A DNA stretch of 64,000 nt from assembly GCF_964188315.1 (NCBI RefSeq), contig NC_135667.1:26164001-26228000 (forward strand). Reading direction: 5' to 3'. Each line of letters starts with the position of its first letter. Positions within the stretch are counted from its first letter, which is position 1. This DNA comes from Podarcis muralis. Its lineage: Eukaryota. The position numbers were made by a program, and so were the translations under genes. Shown here one piece after another: positions 60,507 to 64,000 of this stretch. Below the pieces are notes generated by a model. It was not told the origin of the DNA. It saw only the letters and a program-made list of their open reading frames with translations, and did no database searches.

Positions 60507-61496
60507 ATGATGACACAGACTGAGAAAAAGTTAATTACCCAAGACAATTGGACCAGTGTTACAGAATTCATCCTTATTGGCTTTTCCAATCACCCTGAGC
60601 TTCAGGTACCTCTTTTCATCCTCTTCCTTATCATCTATGGAATAACTTTGTCAGGAAATGTCCTCATTGTTCTTGTCACAACCTTGGACCTTTCACTTCA
60701 AAGCCCCATGTATTTCTTTCTCCGGAACCTTTCTTTCTTGGAGATCTGCTTCAATTTGGTGATTGTCCCAAAGATGCTGGTCAATTTTCTGATAGAGAAC
60801 AAGACCATTTCCTATGCTGGCTGTGCCACACAAATGTATTTCTTCTTCTTCTTTGGTGCAGCTGAGTGCTGTCTTCTTGCTGCCATGGCATATGACCGTT
60901 ACATTGCCATCTGCAATCCCTTACGTTATCCAGACATTATGAACAGAAGGACCTGCTTCCAGTTAGCTGCTGCATCATGGTTCTCAGGCTTCCCTGTCTC
61001 TACTGTACAGACCACATGGATCTTCAGTTTGCCATTTTGTGGACCTAATAAAGTCAACCATTTCTTCTGCGACAGTCCCCCTGTTCTAGAGTTGGCTTGT
61101 GCTGATACTTACATGTTTGAAATTGAAGCTCTCACGGCCACTGTGCTCTTCATCATGTTTCCCTTCCTCTTGATTCTCCTCACATATGTTCGCATCATCA
61201 CCACTATCCTGAGCATGCCTTCAGCAGAGGGACGACATAAAGCCTTCTCGACATGTTCATCTCATCTCGTTGTGGTTACTTTGTTTTACGGTACAGCTAC
61301 ATCTACCTATTTCCGGCCCAAATCCAGTTACTCACCAGATACAAAGAAGATCCTCTCCCTGTCCTATACCGTCATCACCCCCATGTTAAATCCAATCATC
61401 TATAGCCTGAGAAACAAAGAGGTAAAAGGTGCATTGAAAAGGACATTGTGCAGGAGAATATTTGCCCAGAGCACAATATTATTTGTTGATCATTAA
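60507..61496 (+). CDS. Olfactory receptor, OR10A4-like (329 aa from MMTQ)
   Basis: NWTS, FNLVIVPKML, CATQMYFFFFFGAAECCLL, FFCDSPPV and EALTATV closely match OR10A4 as I recall it. The track start is a TTG upstream of the acceptor at 60393-60394. Confidence 0.95.
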   Translation: MMTQTEKKLITQDNWTSVTEFILIGFSNHPELQVPLFILFLIIYGITLSGNVLIVLVTTLDLSLQSPMYFFLRNLSFLEICFNLVIVPKMLVNFLIENKTISYAGCATQMYFFFFFGAAECCLLAAMAYDRYIAICNPLRYPDIMNRRTCFQLAAASWFSGFPVSTVQTTWIFSLPFCGPNKVNHFFCDSPPVLELACADTYMFEIEALTATVLFIMFPFLLILLTYVRIITTILSMPSAEGRHKAFSTCSSHLVVVTLFYGTATSTYFRPKSSYSPDTKKILSLSYTVITPMLNPIIYSLRNKEVKGALKRTLCRRIFAQSTILFVDH

Positions 61497-62028
61497 CATA
61501 GATCTGGCATGTGCATGACTTGATGACTATGATATAAAATGGTGATTTGGATGTATGGATGGGCTTTATTTTATCAGTTTTATATCTTATATAAATTTAT
61601 GTTATAATTATTTTCAAAAAGTATCTTCAATTTTTAGGAAAATACATAGCCAACCACTTGGAGGGTACAGGAATTACAGGGGAAATACAGCATGTAATGA
61701 ACTTTTATTGTAAAATATTATTTTTATTAATCAATTTGCTTTCTTGTTTACAATTATTTGCCAAGACTTGTTTCTTTCTTAATTTCTTTTGATTTAAGTT
61801 ATTTGGTTGGATGATAGCATTGATGAGAATAAGAGCCAATCCCATGAAACTGCTGTTACTCTATTTGCAGTATAGCTATTAGGACTGTACATTCTATCAC
61901 CTGTTCAGCATGGGATAATGCTTAATTCCTGTATCACATATCTCCTCTGAAGGAGTGACTCTACTATTAGGCAAAGAGAGGCGTCAACCTCAGCTATTGA
62001 ATGCTGGGAGGCAGGGAATGGCAGTGGT

Positions 62029-63396
62029 AAAGACTCTGCTCCTGCAAGAGAGGGGAGTGGTTGTGGTCGGGAGCCGGACTCCGCCTCAAGCAGGGGCTGT
62101 TAGCCCCCTGCCTCCCACTCACCTGGCTGGCCTACGCCAACGGGCAGGCGCCCAACCAGGTACCTGCGAGGGGACGTGTTTAGCAGCCCAAATTGCTGCG
62201 GCACCAGCCTTCTGGCCTCACTTTTCGTCGTCCCATCGTGAGTCATCAGCTAGGAGTCATCACAGTCATCACAGGGAAGAGCCATGAGGTTTGGAGTGGG
62301 GGGGGGGGTCTGTGTGTGTGGAGGCTGGGCTCGGGTGGCGGTTAGGCATTGGAATAATGTGTTGTGGTGTGTCGAAGGGCTAGGTGTGGCCATTGCCTAT
62401 GCCTTCAATTTTTGGGTATTCCGTTAAAGGAATCTGGCGGTCGTGTATTCTGTCCGATGCCTGCTTGGCGGGAGGCCATGGCACGACCCTCGGTGACATC
62501 AGGGGAGAGCTTATAGTTGGATTAGCATCAACAGGCTCAACCTACTGGTGAATAAACCCCCCTGTTTTAGACTCACCCCTCTCTGAGGGGGTGGAGTCAG
62601 CTGACGTAATCCAATGCCTAAGCCAATACCTTTTCACTTACTGTAATCAATAAAGTTGTGGCATTTTCTTGCCCATTAACCTTATATCACGTGTCCTCGT
62701 GTTTTCATTCCACTACGCGGGGATCGGGTCCTCGAACCACAAAGACTCTCTTCCTGCAAGAGAGGGGAGTGGTTGTGGTCGGGAGCTGGACTCCGCCTCA
62801 AGCAGGGGGCATTAGCCCCCTGCCTCCCACTCACCTGGCTGGCCTATGCCCACGGGCAGGCACCCAACCAGGTGCTTGCGAGGGGGCGTGTTTAGCAGCA
62901 CAAATTGCTGTGGCACCAGCCTTTCAGCCTCACGTTTTGTCGTCCCTTCGCGAGTCACCCACCCTCCACTCCCTTAGAGCTCAGGGTCTCAGTTTTCTTT
63001 TGGCCTTGCTATGGACCTTAGGTTGGTCGCCCTGGTTGTCCGGGGGGCCTGGTAGGAATTTTTCCATTTGGCATTAAGCTTTTTGGTTTTTTCGCCTACC
63101 TCGTAGCAATCGTCACAACTTTCGTGGTATTGGTGGGTAGGTTAGGCATTGGAATAATGTGTTGTGGTGTGTCGAAGGGCTAGGTGTGGCCATTGCCTAT
63201 GCCTTCAATTTTTGGGTATTCCGTTAAAGGAATCTCTCTGAGGGGGTGGAGTCAGCTGACGTAATCCAATGCCTAAGCCAATACCTTTTCACTTGCTGTA
63301 ATCAATAAAGTTGTGGCCTTTTCTTGCCCATTTACCTTATATCACGTGTCCTCGTGTTTTCATTCCACTACGCGGGGATTGGGTCCTCGAACCACA
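62029..63396 (+). mobile_element. Internally deleted DIRS/Ngaro-like element with A1-B1-A2-B2 split direct repeats
   Basis: A1 62029-62247 matches A2 62741-62959; B1 62340-62741 matches B2 63140-63396; CpG-rich; no RT or recombinase ORF remains. The repeat layout is read directly; the family name is inferred. Confidence 0.6.
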
Positions 63397-64000
63397 ACTT
63401 ATTTAAGATAGTGATAGTAGGCTCAGAGAATATTGGCCCTACCAGCTTACTTGCAAAAACTACAATTTCCAGACTATCTTCAAAGGCAGTCCCATGTAGA
63501 ATGCATTGCAATTGTAATCTTGGAGGTTGGCACTGCATGAATAACCATGGCTAGCCTATCTTTATCCAGAAATGACCACAGTTATCACATCAACCAAACC
63601 CAGGCATAGGCCTTCCTAGCCACTAAGGTTACCTGTCCCTCAAGTGACAGAGATGTTTCCAGAAGCACCTGCAAGCTACATACCTGCTCCTACTTGTTTT
63701 ATATTTTTTGGGAAATTTTTGATACTGATTTGTTTGTGAAGGACCCCCTTTGGTATATATCAAAGTATGCTGGATGTAGTCTGGGGTGCACTGTTTACAT
63801 GGGACTCTGGCTTGCTAAGAGGGCCTCTTCTAATGTGAATTGAGAGTGTGTTCTAGTACCCAGCTACCATTCCCATACAGTTGTGCATTGAAATTTGGTT
63901 GGTTTGTTTCCAAACAAACACAAGCTTGCTAATAACCTCTTTTCCACCTCTCCCCATCCCCTATACTTCCTAGTAAGCAGTAGAAATATGGATGTGGGTG

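Noticed and set aside
61955-63077. Two paralogous ORFs (110 and 139 aa) sharing LQERGVVVVGS...PPTHLAGL
   Set aside because: They are translations of the GC-rich A repeats; the 61955 ORF starts at a non-ATG codon, and neither has a gag, RT or recombinase motif.
1-64000. A previously undescribed multi-gene system
   Set aside because: Every long ORF is an OR and the remaining ORFs trace to repeats or chance; no non-OR gene, RNA gene or spaced array was found.

Overview
This is vertebrate genomic DNA, most likely from a lacertid lizard. That call rests on Sauria-type SINEs with (ACCTTT)n tails, other squamate SINEs and BovB/RTE pieces. The window is part of a class II olfactory receptor (OR) cluster. 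It holds 12 intact single-coding-exon ORs: four family-10-like, two family-2/13-like, three OR11A-like, two OR5V1-like and one OR8S1-like. It also holds a truncated OR pseudogene (12.4-12.9 kb) and a 69-bp relic of a deleted fourth OR11A-like paralog (31.2-31.3 kb). Intergenic DNA is filled with SINEs, Tc1/mariner-type and hAT MITEs, solo LTRs, LINE fragments and a family of DIRS/Ngaro-like repeats. Nearly all short ORFs in the track are repeat-derived or antisense shadows. Several OR ORFs are over-extended at the N-terminus across a splice acceptor. I did not find a new gene system. The strongest observations are: coding-restricted gene conversion among OR paralogs, a recent 56-bp-stem inverted duplication next to the OR relic, an internally deleted Ngaro-like element with split direct repeats, an inverted RTE insertion joining the two ends of the element, paralog-conserved homeodomain + O/E promoter motifs, and an OR family mix that joins groups found in separate human clusters. 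OR and repeat family names come from motifs I recall, not from database searches.
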